Shown: positions 1-9,488 of the stretch, in pieces | Position numbering within the stretch: position 1 is the first letter of the stretch | Layout: each line of letters begins with the position of its first letter | DNA from: Promethearchaeota archaeon | GTDB lineage: Archaea > Asgardarchaeota > Lokiarchaeia > Sigyniarchaeales > SOKP01 | Length of the DNA stretch: 64,000 bases | NCBI GenBank assembly: GCA_030599585.1 | Contig: JAUVNS010000011.1 | Coordinates: 137,061-201,060, forward strand | Direction of reading: 5' to 3' | The notes under the pieces: model-generated | What the model was told of the DNA's origin: nothing | What the model saw: the letters and a program-made list of their open reading frames with translations, nothing else | Database searches by the model: none | Translations under genes and position numbers: made by a program

Positions 1-1513
1 GTATAACTATTCGCGCACCGTAAGCATTGACTAAACTACCTTGACTTGGTTTACTCGCTAAATCCCATTCAATTATTGTGAGATCATCTATACTCGAGTA
101 TTTTTGATCGACATCATAATTATATTCCGTAGGTTTACTTAACAATGAAAAAACATCAACAGCATTAATTTCGTATTTATTTTCTTCACCCCAAAACTTT
201 GTTTTATAGTAGAGAATATCGTGATAATTATGTAAATCGTCTAGAAATAATTCTTTAAATATTAAGTAATTTAAACCTATTTCTGAAGGTTTAATTATGG
301 ATTTATTTACACCGTAGAACCCTAAGTGGTTTATCACATAATTATAAGCGGGATTTTTAAGGTTTTCTTTATCGTGATTAACTTCATAAGCATTACGCTT
401 TTTCCGAAAATCTATTTTTGTTTTTTTGATGTTATATTTCTCCTTAAAATACCTCAAAAAAGCAAATTTCTTTAAATAGACTTTTTTTTCTAATTCTTTT
501 GTTTCATTTTTATAGGTTTTGTATTCTTCGTAATATAGTTTTTTCGGAATTTCGAATACATCGAATTGTCTTCTCATTAACTTTAATGTGTCTAATACAA
601 TAAAGTTATCAATTTCCTCTAAGAAATATTTCAACAGTTTGTATTTAAAAGCTTCGTAATCTTCTGATGTAATAATATCTTTAAATACCGGATTAAACTC
701 AACTAGAATTTTGTATTTTTTCTTAATAAAATAGAATGAAAAATATTTCTCGTTGAATTGGTTGGAGTTTGCCATCTTAATTAAGATAGAAATTAAAGAA
801 ACGACAAATGACTCTTTTTTAAATTCGTAATAATCTAAAATTTTGTCAATAAATTCAATAATTCGAAGTAGATCATAAAAAGTATATATCGAAACTGATT
901 TTAGAAACGATCTGAAGCCATCTTCGATAATAGTATCATAAGCGTTAAGATATAATCCTAAATCGCTGCTATAGGCTGATTGGAGAAATTCAAAAAGTTC
1001 TAAGTAGAGATTGTTTTTTATAGCGGTCTTTAAATATTTTTCAATTATAGGCTCACAATCCTTGTTTTTGAATATGGCTTTATTGAGATAATTCAAACCT
1101 TCGATACAATTATTATTTTCAATGGAAGTATTAGCTAGTTCTAAATAATTTTTACTTTTTTTCTTAGAGCTATAGTCTTCAGATGTAAAGTTGAAATTAT
1201 TAATATTATTTAAGATGTTTTTTGAAATTGATGGTTCTACCATCAATAGAAGAGTAAGTAAGTGAGGACACGCCTTTTTATCAATATCCAGCCCCGAAAA
1301 AAAGACATCACAATCATGAAAGATTTCATTTCTCCTCTCATCGATAATGAGATGATACTCGCGTTCCTCATCAAAAATGATTGCTCTTATCTCTATCGGA
1401 TTTTCTTTCAACGAGATTATGTTAATTTTATTTATTGGAAACTTAACTGATTCTTCATATTTTTCTGCTCCGAATCTTTCAGATATTATTTCAGATATTA
1501 ATTTCTTAGTCAT
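1..1513 (-). CDS. SWIM-type zinc finger protein, partial (runs off the left edge; absent from ORF track)
   Basis: Manual translation from ATG at 1513 (MTKKLISEIISERFG...) is open to the window edge. It contains HDC-x13-CPHL and lies 4 nt downstream of the VWA gene. Confidence 0.75.
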   Translation of the reverse strand, partial: MTKKLISEIISERFGAEKYEESVKFPINKINIISLKENPIEIRAIIFDEEREYHLIIDERRNEIFHDCDVFFSGLDIDKKACPHLLTLLLMVEPSISKNILNNINNFNFTSEDYSSKKKSKNYLELANTSIENNNCIEGLNYLNKAIFKNKDCEPIIEKYLKTAIKNNLYLELFEFLQSAYSSDLGLYLNAYDTIIEDGFRSFLKSVSIYTFYDLLRIIEFIDKILDYYEFKKESFVVSLISILIKMANSNQFNEKYFSFYFIKKKYKILVEFNPVFKDIITSEDYEAFKYKLLKYFLEEIDNFIVLDTLKLMRRQFDVFEIPKKLYYEEYKTYKNETKELEKKVYLKKFAFLRYFKEKYNIKKTKIDFRKKRNAYEVNHDKENLKNPAYNYVINHLGFYGVNKSIIKPSEIGLNYLIFKELFLDDLHNYHDILYYKTKFWGEENKYEINAVDVFSLLSKPTEYNYDVDQKYSSIDDLTIIEWDLASKPSQGSLVNAYGARIVI

Positions 1514-1517
1514 GGTT

Positions 1518-4019
1518 TTAAAATCTCGATTTAATAATCTCTGAGATAAGTTTGGGAAATTCATTCCAATCTTTAATTGTCAAAAGTTGTCCTCCTGCTA
1601 TTTTAACCATTTTTTGTGCTTCTTTTAAATTATAGGATGATTCTGGAGAAATCAGTACGAAATCTACATTTAAAGAACGAAATTTTCTTAATTCTTCGTT
1701 TGCTTGCTGAATATCGTAAATTTCAGCATCAGTAAATAGAACATTTAATTTTTCGCGAGAACTAGAATGTTCTTTGAATTGTTTGTTTGCCCATTCTAAA
1801 GCACTCTGTAGTCGGGTACCTCCCTTAGCAGTAACAGAAAGTAAATCATCTGCTAATTTTTCCAAATCTATTTTTTCCGACAATTTCTTTAATACATGCG
1901 TATCTGATTCGAAAAAAGCAACGCCAATTTCGTCTTTTCTCATGCCATATACTAACATCGTCACACAAATAGCCATATATGCTAGTTTCTCCCCTGTCAT
2001 AGAACCACTGATATCGAGTTCAAAACAAAACGAACGCAATCCCTTCGCAGTCTCGTATACATAAAAATCGTCGTAATTGATGTGATCTAATTTCTTGCCT
2101 TTTTCTAAAAGGTTAAAAATTGTTTCTTCCAAATCTATATTCTCAAAATCATCCCCAATTGAATATGGCCTTACTATATTGATCGGTATTGTCCCCGTTG
2201 TTGCGCTACCTAATCGTGCTCTGGAATAGTAGACACCTAAATCAATTAACATTTTTTTTGCTAATTCTTTTACTTTCACTTTAACTTTTTCAGGTAAACT
2301 ACTCCGATGAATAAACCATTGTTTAAGGAGGTTTTCGCCACTTCCAGCAGATAAACAAGATATTACTTTATCCTGGCCTTCTTTACCAGCAATTTGTTGA
2401 GCTCCTTTTAATGCCTCACCCATGTTGTAATGGCCAATTGCAGCTAAAGCATCACGGTTATCGTTGGCTAATGCACTGCTTAGTAATTCTTTGATCCTAT
2501 CTGTGTTTAGTTGATCTTGGAGTTGGTTAATCATATTACTAATCCTTTGAAAATCGGCAATTTTTTCTTCCACCATTTTTTTTAACAGTTGATAATTAGG
2601 CTCAACAAGTTCAGATATATCCACTTCTGACATGCCTAATTCTTCTCCAATTCTTTTAATGTCATCAGTGTTAGGGTTTAAACCAATTTTCCTTAAGAAT
2701 TCAGTTGCATTTTTTAATTGATCTGGGGTATCGCAAGCCTCTAATGTTTGAGAAATTAAATCGGGCAATTTTTGGGATATTTTCTGACTGCATTGAATAT
2801 TTGGACAACTATTCATTAATTGCTGTATCTGATGTGAAAGCGATTTTAGAGCTTCGAAATTGATGTTCTGATTGTTTGCCTCCTTTATAGCATTTTCAAG
2901 AGCTTGGTTAAATAAATTATTCCATGATTTATTTGCTAAGGCATTTTTTGTAAGAGATTCTAATGATAGATTCATTTGAGAATTTAAAGATTGCTGATCG
3001 AGCTTATTAAGTAATTCTTCTCTTAAGTTGGTTCCAAAATACTGATCTAATGAGTCTGCGAGATTGAAATTGTGCTCAAAGGAAGACTGGTTTAAGGAGT
3101 TGTTTAAGATTTTATCTTGATCAAATTTAGGTGTTTCGCCTAATGTTTTCGCTGCGTTAAATAGCTGATCTAAATTATTAATCTGGTTTTGCAGTTGATT
3201 TTTAATTTGTTTTATCTGTTCCAGTATATCTTGATTATCTGATGTTTCCCCAATAAATTTTAATGATTTTAAAAGATCGTCAAGTTTATTCGCATTAATT
3301 AATTTCGTTAAATCTTCTATAATGCTTTGATCAGTGAGAGCCTTACTTGCGAGTTTTTCCCATTCTCGTAGGGATTCCTGCTGAATCAAATCGTTTAAAC
3401 CTAAATTAGACCCCGCTTTTAAATCTTCCGGACTCAATGAGTTAATTTTTTGCTCCAACCTTTTTTGTGCTTCTTGTATCAACTCTTCTAAAGAAGAAAT
3501 TTCTTCTTTATACAATTCTGAGTCATCATTGAAAAAATTTAAAGCAGATTTATAAGGCTCCTCTTCTCGATTAGCGTTTAATTCTTCTAAAAACTCCTCT
3601 AATTTTTGAATTTTATTCGTATCAAGCATTTTAGTCTTTTCGATTTCATCAATCATTTCTTGAAGCTTATCAAGTTCTGTTAATATATCAGATTCTTCTA
3701 GTTCTTCCCCAAATTCACCCTCTAAGTTATCATCTTCTTGAAAGAATGAATCCATCATATTCTTTTTATAATTAGGAAAGAGAATCTGAAAAGCTATATC
3801 TTTTGCTATTTCTTGATTATCTGGAAAAGAAGTCACTGCGCTTATTTCTATGTAATCGTTAGCAGTTACCACTCCTTTACGATAATATCTTGATAAGAGT
3901 AATTTGGGGATAGATAGAACTTGTCGAGAACTCGGAATCTGAACGATATCACGATGTCTTCTCATCTTACGAATGAAATCTACAGCAAATTCACAAGGAT
4001 TTTCTGGAAAAACGCCCAT
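1518..4019 (-). CDS. VWA domain protein (MoxR partner, CoxE/ViaA-like)
   Basis: C-terminal MIDAS motif DISGSM, GGT and FTDAE; long helical middle; adjacent to a MoxR ATPase. Confidence 0.85.
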   Translation of the reverse strand: MGVFPENPCEFAVDFIRKMRRHRDIVQIPSSRQVLSIPKLLLSRYYRKGVVTANDYIEISAVTSFPDNQEIAKDIAFQILFPNYKKNMMDSFFQEDDNLEGEFGEELEESDILTELDKLQEMIDEIEKTKMLDTNKIQKLEEFLEELNANREEEPYKSALNFFNDDSELYKEEISSLEELIQEAQKRLEQKINSLSPEDLKAGSNLGLNDLIQQESLREWEKLASKALTDQSIIEDLTKLINANKLDDLLKSLKFIGETSDNQDILEQIKQIKNQLQNQINNLDQLFNAAKTLGETPKFDQDKILNNSLNQSSFEHNFNLADSLDQYFGTNLREELLNKLDQQSLNSQMNLSLESLTKNALANKSWNNLFNQALENAIKEANNQNINFEALKSLSHQIQQLMNSCPNIQCSQKISQKLPDLISQTLEACDTPDQLKNATEFLRKIGLNPNTDDIKRIGEELGMSEVDISELVEPNYQLLKKMVEEKIADFQRISNMINQLQDQLNTDRIKELLSSALANDNRDALAAIGHYNMGEALKGAQQIAGKEGQDKVISCLSAGSGENLLKQWFIHRSSLPEKVKVKVKELAKKMLIDLGVYYSRARLGSATTGTIPINIVRPYSIGDDFENIDLEETIFNLLEKGKKLDHINYDDFYVYETAKGLRSFCFELDISGSMTGEKLAYMAICVTMLVYGMRKDEIGVAFFESDTHVLKKLSEKIDLEKLADDLLSVTAKGGTRLQSALEWANKQFKEHSSSREKLNVLFTDAEIYDIQQANEELRKFRSLNVDFVLISPESSYNLKEAQKMVKIAGGQLLTIKDWNEFPKLISEIIKSRF

Positions 4020-4036
4020 AAATTATCAGATACCTC

Positions 4037-4990
4037 CTACGAACCTAAAGTTTTATGTATGATATTTTCAATTATATGTTCAACTTTTGTGCCCGGTTTT
4101 GGTTTGATTGAACCTAATAAAACATGTTGAGTAACTTCTGAAAGATATTCATATACTGACACCTTTTCTTTTAGCTCTCCTCTTTTTTCTAAAGAACGTC
4201 TACGGCCTAAAAGTTTAGCAATAGCAATACCTGCTCTAATGGAGGCTGGTACCTCGATATCTATTTTATTTTTTCTTGTTTCATTTATTATGGAATAAAT
4301 TAATTCTAATTCTGATTCTTCTATTTCGAAATGTTCTGGTAAATTTATTCTGATAATATCGAGCTCAGTCGCCTTATCTGGATATGTTAATTTGATCCAC
4401 ACCTTAATTCTATCCTTCAATGCCTCAGATAATCGATGAGTTCCAGATAATTCTTCAGGGTTCATCGCAGAAATAAAAAAGAAATCTTTATCGGCTTTTA
4501 TTCTTCCGAGGTGAGGAATGCTGATAGACGCTTCTTCTAATGGTTCTAATAACGTATTTTGGGAATATTCTGTAGCCCTATTAATCTCATTTGCTAAAAA
4601 CGTCCCACCCTCTAACATTGCTCTCAAAAGTGGTCCAGGATTGAATGCTTCTAGCACAAATCCTTTTTTTAGTGTAATTGCAGGGTCGAAACTTCCAATG
4701 AAATGGCTTGGCTTAATTGATTCGTCAAGCGTTAACCAATTGAAATTCTTGTTTTTATTTTCTTTTGCTCTTAATTTCGCAAAATAGCGACACAGAATAG
4801 TTTTTCCAACTCCAGGAGGACCTACAAGAGCGGGAAATAATCCCGTTGCCTCTGCATCCCTAAGTAATTCTAATGCTTTTCCATATTGCCCTGATAAGAC
4901 AATATCTATTTGTTCCTCAGAAATATTCTTGATAAGGCGTTCTTTGAATAATTCCTCAAATCTTTGTTTATCAATCATCGTAAAAATCAA
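4037..4990 (-). CDS. MoxR-family AAA+ ATPase
   Basis: Walker A GPPGVGKT, variant Walker B FLANEINRA, AMNP sensor and LSEALKDR arginine finger. Confidence 0.9.
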   Translation of the reverse strand: MIFTMIDKQRFEELFKERLIKNISEEQIDIVLSGQYGKALELLRDAEATGLFPALVGPPGVGKTILCRYFAKLRAKENKNKNFNWLTLDESIKPSHFIGSFDPAITLKKGFVLEAFNPGPLLRAMLEGGTFLANEINRATEYSQNTLLEPLEEASISIPHLGRIKADKDFFFISAMNPEELSGTHRLSEALKDRIKVWIKLTYPDKATELDIIRINLPEHFEIEESELELIYSIINETRKNKIDIEVPASIRAGIAIAKLLGRRRSLEKRGELKEKVSVYEYLSEVTQHVLLGSIKPKPGTKVEHIIENIIHKTLGS

Positions 4991-5068
4991 CTAGTATAGT
5001 TTATGTGTATAGTAATTGTTAATTTTTAATCTATATTTTTATATAGTATAAACAGTACAAAAAATATT

Positions 5069-5911
5069 TTGATCCTTGTTAGAAATTTGACGCAAAAAAC
5101 TCGACCACACCCTTTTTTAAAGTGGGCAGGCGGTAAACGGCAATTACTACCACAAATGGATGAGCATTTCCCTAAACGCTATAATAGATACATTGAGCCC
5201 TTTATTGGTGGCGGAGCTGTTTTTTTCCATTTGCTTCCTGAACATTCAATTGTATCAGATAATAATCCCGATTTAATAAATTGCTACAAGGTCGTAAAAG
5301 AAGATGTAGAGGGTTTAATAAAATCTCTAAAGAAACATAAATACGAAAAGAATTACTATTATGAGATTCGAGCTCTCGACCGGGATTTTAAAAAATTTAC
5401 TGAACTATCAGATGTTGAGAAAGCTTCACGATCCATTTATTTAAATAAAACCGGATACAACGGATTATATCGCGTTAACAGTAAAGGCCTCTTTAACGTT
5501 CCTTTTGGAAGGCATAAAAATCCAAAAATATGTGATGAGATAAATTTAAGAAATGTTAGTCAAGTTTTAAAGAAGGTTGAAATATCTCTGGGTTCTTTCG
5601 AAATCTGCTTAGATTTTGCAGAAAAAGATGATTTTATATACTTTGACCCACCTTATTTTCCACTTTCTGACACTGCTTTATTTACAAGTTATACTAAAAA
5701 TAGTTTTGACAAATCTTCGCAAATAAAATTATTTGAAGTGTTTAAGGAACTTAATAGAAGAGGGTGTAATCTGATGTTGAGTAATTCCTATTCCGAATTC
5801 ATATTAGATTTGTATAAAGATTTTAAAATTATTACATTGAAAGCTAAAAGAAATATAAATAGCAATTCGCAGAAAAGGGGATTAATTAACGAAGTTTTGA
5901 TTCTGAATTAA
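5069..5911 (+). CDS. dam: Dam-family DNA adenine methyltransferase (orphan)
   Basis: LKWAGGK, EPFIGGG, YNGLYRVN, DPPY and SNS motifs. Confidence 0.9.
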   Translation: MILVRNLTQKTRPHPFLKWAGGKRQLLPQMDEHFPKRYNRYIEPFIGGGAVFFHLLPEHSIVSDNNPDLINCYKVVKEDVEGLIKSLKKHKYEKNYYYEIRALDRDFKKFTELSDVEKASRSIYLNKTGYNGLYRVNSKGLFNVPFGRHKNPKICDEINLRNVSQVLKKVEISLGSFEICLDFAEKDDFIYFDPPYFPLSDTALFTSYTKNSFDKSSQIKLFEVFKELNRRGCNLMLSNSYSEFILDLYKDFKIITLKAKRNINSNSQKRGLINEVLILN

Positions 5912-6020
5912 GATATGTAATGTTCAATTATAACAACTTTTATTTAGTTTTATAATTATATTAAAATTTAATACAAAGTGTTTATTCGACACTAATAATT
6001 ACGAATTATGTTGATTTTTT

Positions 6021-8399
6021 ATGCAAGTAGAGCAAATTTCTCCATCTGATTATAAGGATCGCATTTTAAGAATGAAAAAAGATGTTGTTTCCCAACCACA
6101 TGAACTCTGTATAGAAAGAGCTAAACTTTTCACTGAGTCGTATAAAGCTACAAAGAATGAACCCCAAAATATTAGGTTTGCAAAAGCTATGTATCATTTA
6201 TTGACGAATATGGCAATAAAAATACGGGAAGATGAATTCGTTGTTGGGAATCGATGTACTAAATTTGTTGGAACACCCTTATATCCTGAAGTACGCGTTG
6301 ATACAATTGAACAAGACATTAACCTCTATAACAATCGAGAAACTCAACGGCTATTACTTTCAGATGACGATAAACAAATCATAATCGAAGAAATTATACC
6401 ATATTGGAAAAACGAAGAAGAGACTACGAAATCCAGATTTGACTCTTACTTAAATCCCGAATTAACTGATCTCATGCTAAATTTACTTTATGTCGTGGAT
6501 ACAAATATAACTAACGGGACGGGACATTTCTTCCCAGGACATCATAACGTTTTAAAAGCGGGATTTAACGGCTTAATTCAAAAAGTAAGAGAGAAGATGA
6601 AAGAATTTTCAGAAGATCAAAAGAAAATGGACTTTTTGGAGTCAGTTATTATCGTTTTAGATGGTTCTAAAGAGTTTATTCAAAGATTCTCAATATTGGC
6701 AACTGAATTAGCAGAAAAAGAAGACAATCGTAATAGAAAACAAGAGCTTTATGAAATTGCTGAAATTTGTTCTAATATCTCTGGTAACCCACCATCCTCA
6801 TTTAAAGAAGCCTTTCAATTATTGTATTTCACTCACGTAATCGCTGGTCTCGAAGATGGAGGTTTTGCTATTAGTATAGGACGCATTGATCAAGTTCTCT
6901 ATCCTTTTTATTTTGAGGATAAAAAAAAAGGGGTTATAACAGATGAAGTAGTACAATTTTTAATTGAATGTTTTTACTTGAAGCTTACAACGCTATGGAA
7001 TTATGTCCTCCATAAAGGAATTATAGTTGCAGAAGGACCACCCCTTACTGCAAATTTGACCATAGGAGGCGTTGATAAAAATGGAAATGACGCTACAAAT
7101 CAATTGTCTTATCTATTTTTAGATTCGTACAAAAAGTTAAAAACGGTTCAACCTACTTTTTCTGTTCGCGTTCATGATAAATCTCCGGACGATTTACTTG
7201 TAAAAACAGGAGAAGCTATTAAATCAGGTGCTAGTATTGCGTTGTTCAACGATGTTGTCATGATTCCAGGTCTTAATAAGCTTGGCTATACTATAGAAGA
7301 TGCGCGTGGATACGCACCAATAGGGTGTGTAGAACCTACACATACTTATAAGTCATTTGGATGTACAAACGCCACTCAATTAAATATTGTGAAGTGCTTA
7401 GAATTAACCTTGAACAATGGGACAGATATGTTTACAAGAAGGGCATACGGCATTGAAAACACAAAAAAGCTCTCATCATATCAAGATTTATGGGACGAGT
7501 TTTCGAACCAACTTAGTTTTTTTGTTAAAAATTTGGTAAAAACAATGTCTTTCCTTGAAAAAACTATTGCTGAGCTCAATCCACAACCCTTTTTATCCGC
7601 AACTATAGACGATTGCATTGAACGGGGGTGTGATATCACAAGTGGAGGCGCTAAATATGATTTTACTACGACTCAACTAATTGGTTTTTCTACGGTTGCC
7701 GATTCTCTTGCTGTAATTAAAAAACTAGTCTACGAGGAAAAATTATTATCTTTAGAAGATTTAATCAAGATACTATCAAAGAATTACCGGGGTACCTATA
7801 ATGGGAAAAAGGGAGAAGAAATAAGACAAATCTTTATTAATAAAGTCGCTAAATTTGGAAACGATAACGATTTTGTCGACATCATAGCTCGTGACGTAGC
7901 AGAATTGTTCTGTAAGGAAATTCTTAAACATAAAAATTATAGAGGTGGAAAATATCATCCAGGAATTTATTCTACAACTTTTCACATGGCATTTGGAGTT
8001 TTTACAGCAGCCTCTGCTGATGGAAGGAAGGCAAGAGATTATCTTTCAAATGGAGTTGGTCCAACCAACGGAAGGGATAAAAACGGTCCAACAGCGATAC
8101 TTAATTCAATTATGAAGCTGGATAATGAATTAATAACGAATGGAAACTCAGTAATATTAGCTTTTCATCCAAACACACTAAAGATAGAATTGTTCCTTCC
8201 ACTCATTAGAGCCTATTTTGAAGAAAAGGGAGGCTATCACATTCAATTTAATGTAGTTGGAAAAGAAATTCTATGCGATGCTCAAATAAATCCAAAAGAA
8301 TATCAAGGCTTAGTTGTACGGATCGCTGGTTATGCCGTATTGTTTACAGAATTATCTAAATCCGCACAAGACGAGATTATTGGTCGAACGGAGTTTTAA
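6021..8399 (+). CDS. Glycyl radical enzyme (PFL2/eliminase-type)
   Basis: GCVEP Cys loop and C-terminal VVRIAGY glycyl motif; 792 aa. Confidence 0.9.
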   Translation: MQVEQISPSDYKDRILRMKKDVVSQPHELCIERAKLFTESYKATKNEPQNIRFAKAMYHLLTNMAIKIREDEFVVGNRCTKFVGTPLYPEVRVDTIEQDINLYNNRETQRLLLSDDDKQIIIEEIIPYWKNEEETTKSRFDSYLNPELTDLMLNLLYVVDTNITNGTGHFFPGHHNVLKAGFNGLIQKVREKMKEFSEDQKKMDFLESVIIVLDGSKEFIQRFSILATELAEKEDNRNRKQELYEIAEICSNISGNPPSSFKEAFQLLYFTHVIAGLEDGGFAISIGRIDQVLYPFYFEDKKKGVITDEVVQFLIECFYLKLTTLWNYVLHKGIIVAEGPPLTANLTIGGVDKNGNDATNQLSYLFLDSYKKLKTVQPTFSVRVHDKSPDDLLVKTGEAIKSGASIALFNDVVMIPGLNKLGYTIEDARGYAPIGCVEPTHTYKSFGCTNATQLNIVKCLELTLNNGTDMFTRRAYGIENTKKLSSYQDLWDEFSNQLSFFVKNLVKTMSFLEKTIAELNPQPFLSATIDDCIERGCDITSGGAKYDFTTTQLIGFSTVADSLAVIKKLVYEEKLLSLEDLIKILSKNYRGTYNGKKGEEIRQIFINKVAKFGNDNDFVDIIARDVAELFCKEILKHKNYRGGKYHPGIYSTTFHMAFGVFTAASADGRKARDYLSNGVGPTNGRDKNGPTAILNSIMKLDNELITNGNSVILAFHPNTLKIELFLPLIRAYFEEKGGYHIQFNVVGKEILCDAQINPKEYQGLVVRIAGYAVLFTELSKSAQDEIIGRTEF

Positions 8400-8493
8400 T
8401 TGCATTCAAATGTATTTCATATATTTCTCGATTCAAAATCACAAAAATTTTTAGTCTATAATTATTTTTTATTGTATTAAGAATTATAAATAA

Positions 8494-8565
8494 GGGCCTG
8501 TAGATCAGTCGCAGATCGCTTGGTTCGCAATCAAGAGGTCACGGGTTCAATTCCCGTCAGGTCCA
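8494..8565 (+). tRNA. tRNA-Ala(CGC)
   Basis: Acceptor stem GGGCCTG/CAGGTCC with G3:U70; anticodon arm CTTGG-TTCGCAA-TCAAG; T arm ACGGG-TTCAATT-CCCGT. Confidence 0.93.
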
Positions 8566-8586
8566 CTATTACTTTGAAAAAAAAAA

Positions 8587-9459
8587 TTAAATTGTATCTT
8601 CTCCTACTCCTAATTGTGAAATCATCATCCTCTTGAGCTCTTCTTTGTTTTTAGGTAATCCAAACATATCCGCATATTTATCGGTTGTATTTAATTCTGC
8701 TGACCTTCCTTTTTTTACCGCCGTTATTAGATCGTTGTCCAAGAGGTATTTCACATGCTCGTAAGCGCCACTCCCTCTTAATTTAATAACGGTTGATTTT
8801 AAAATTGGCTGTTTCAGAGCAATTACTGTAAGTGTTCTTAAATAGCGCTCAGCAATAGCACCACCTTTAGCGAATTTGGAAACTGTTTCTGTAAGTTCCG
8901 GTCTTAGCTGCATTTGATATTTTTCTCCAATTTGGGCTACAATCAATGCACCTTCACGGTCCAAATAGTCAAAAGCAACTACATTTACAAGTTCTTCGAC
9001 TTCTTTTTTTGGGATTTCTAATTTAGTTGATAATTCTTCTACATCCAGAGGTCTACCAGCCGCGTAAAGAGCACCCTCTATTAAATTTCTCCGTAGAATT
9101 TTTAATTGTAATTCTAATTCTTCCTTCGTGAGTTCTTTAGGTATATGGGATTCAACTATATCCGCTCCTATAACTTCGGTCTCTCGTTTGCTTAAGCTTT
9201 CTTCTGACGGGTCAAGACTTGATAAATTTTCTTCCTCAATACTTAATTCTTCTTCAATAAACTCTTGGCTATCTTCTTCATCAGAATCTTGTTTAAGATA
9301 ATCTTCGATGGTTTCTTTGGTCTCTAATTCGATCTCAATATCCTCTAAATTCCTTTCTTCTTGAGTAATTTCTTCGGCATCGGTCTCATCTAAAGGTTCT
9401 TCTTCATTCGTTTCGTCTTTGAATTGATTTTCCTGTTCTTTTTCATTATTTTCGTTCAG
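8587..9459 (-). CDS. scpB: SMC-ScpAB subunit ScpB with acidic N-terminal extension (CTG start inferred, 290 aa)
   Basis: Frame is open upstream of the track ORF and includes NLIEGALYAAGRPL; also LRTLTVIALKQPI and TTDKYADMFGL. GGTGA SD lies 6 nt before CTG at 9459. Confidence 0.85.
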   Translation of the reverse strand: MNENNEKEQENQFKDETNEEEPLDETDAEEITQEERNLEDIEIELETKETIEDYLKQDSDEEDSQEFIEEELSIEEENLSSLDPSEESLSKRETEVIGADIVESHIPKELTKEELELQLKILRRNLIEGALYAAGRPLDVEELSTKLEIPKKEVEELVNVVAFDYLDREGALIVAQIGEKYQMQLRPELTETVSKFAKGGAIAERYLRTLTVIALKQPILKSTVIKLRGSGAYEHVKYLLDNDLITAVKKGRSAELNTTDKYADMFGLPKNKEELKRMMISQLGVGEDTI

Positions 9460-9488
9460 ATTCTATCACCAAAAATTTGGATTGTAAT

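Noticed and set aside
1262-1450. 62-aa plus-strand ORF, and the other short antisense or overlapping ORFs in the track (e.g. 1774, 4518, 11016, 16616, 21426, 46469, 60613)
   Set aside because: They are shadows of longer, motif-bearing genes. 1262-1450 lies opposite the SWIM gene.
8587-8964. scpB as a truncated pseudogene
   Set aside because: The frame is open up to a CTG with SD at 9459, so the gene is intact.
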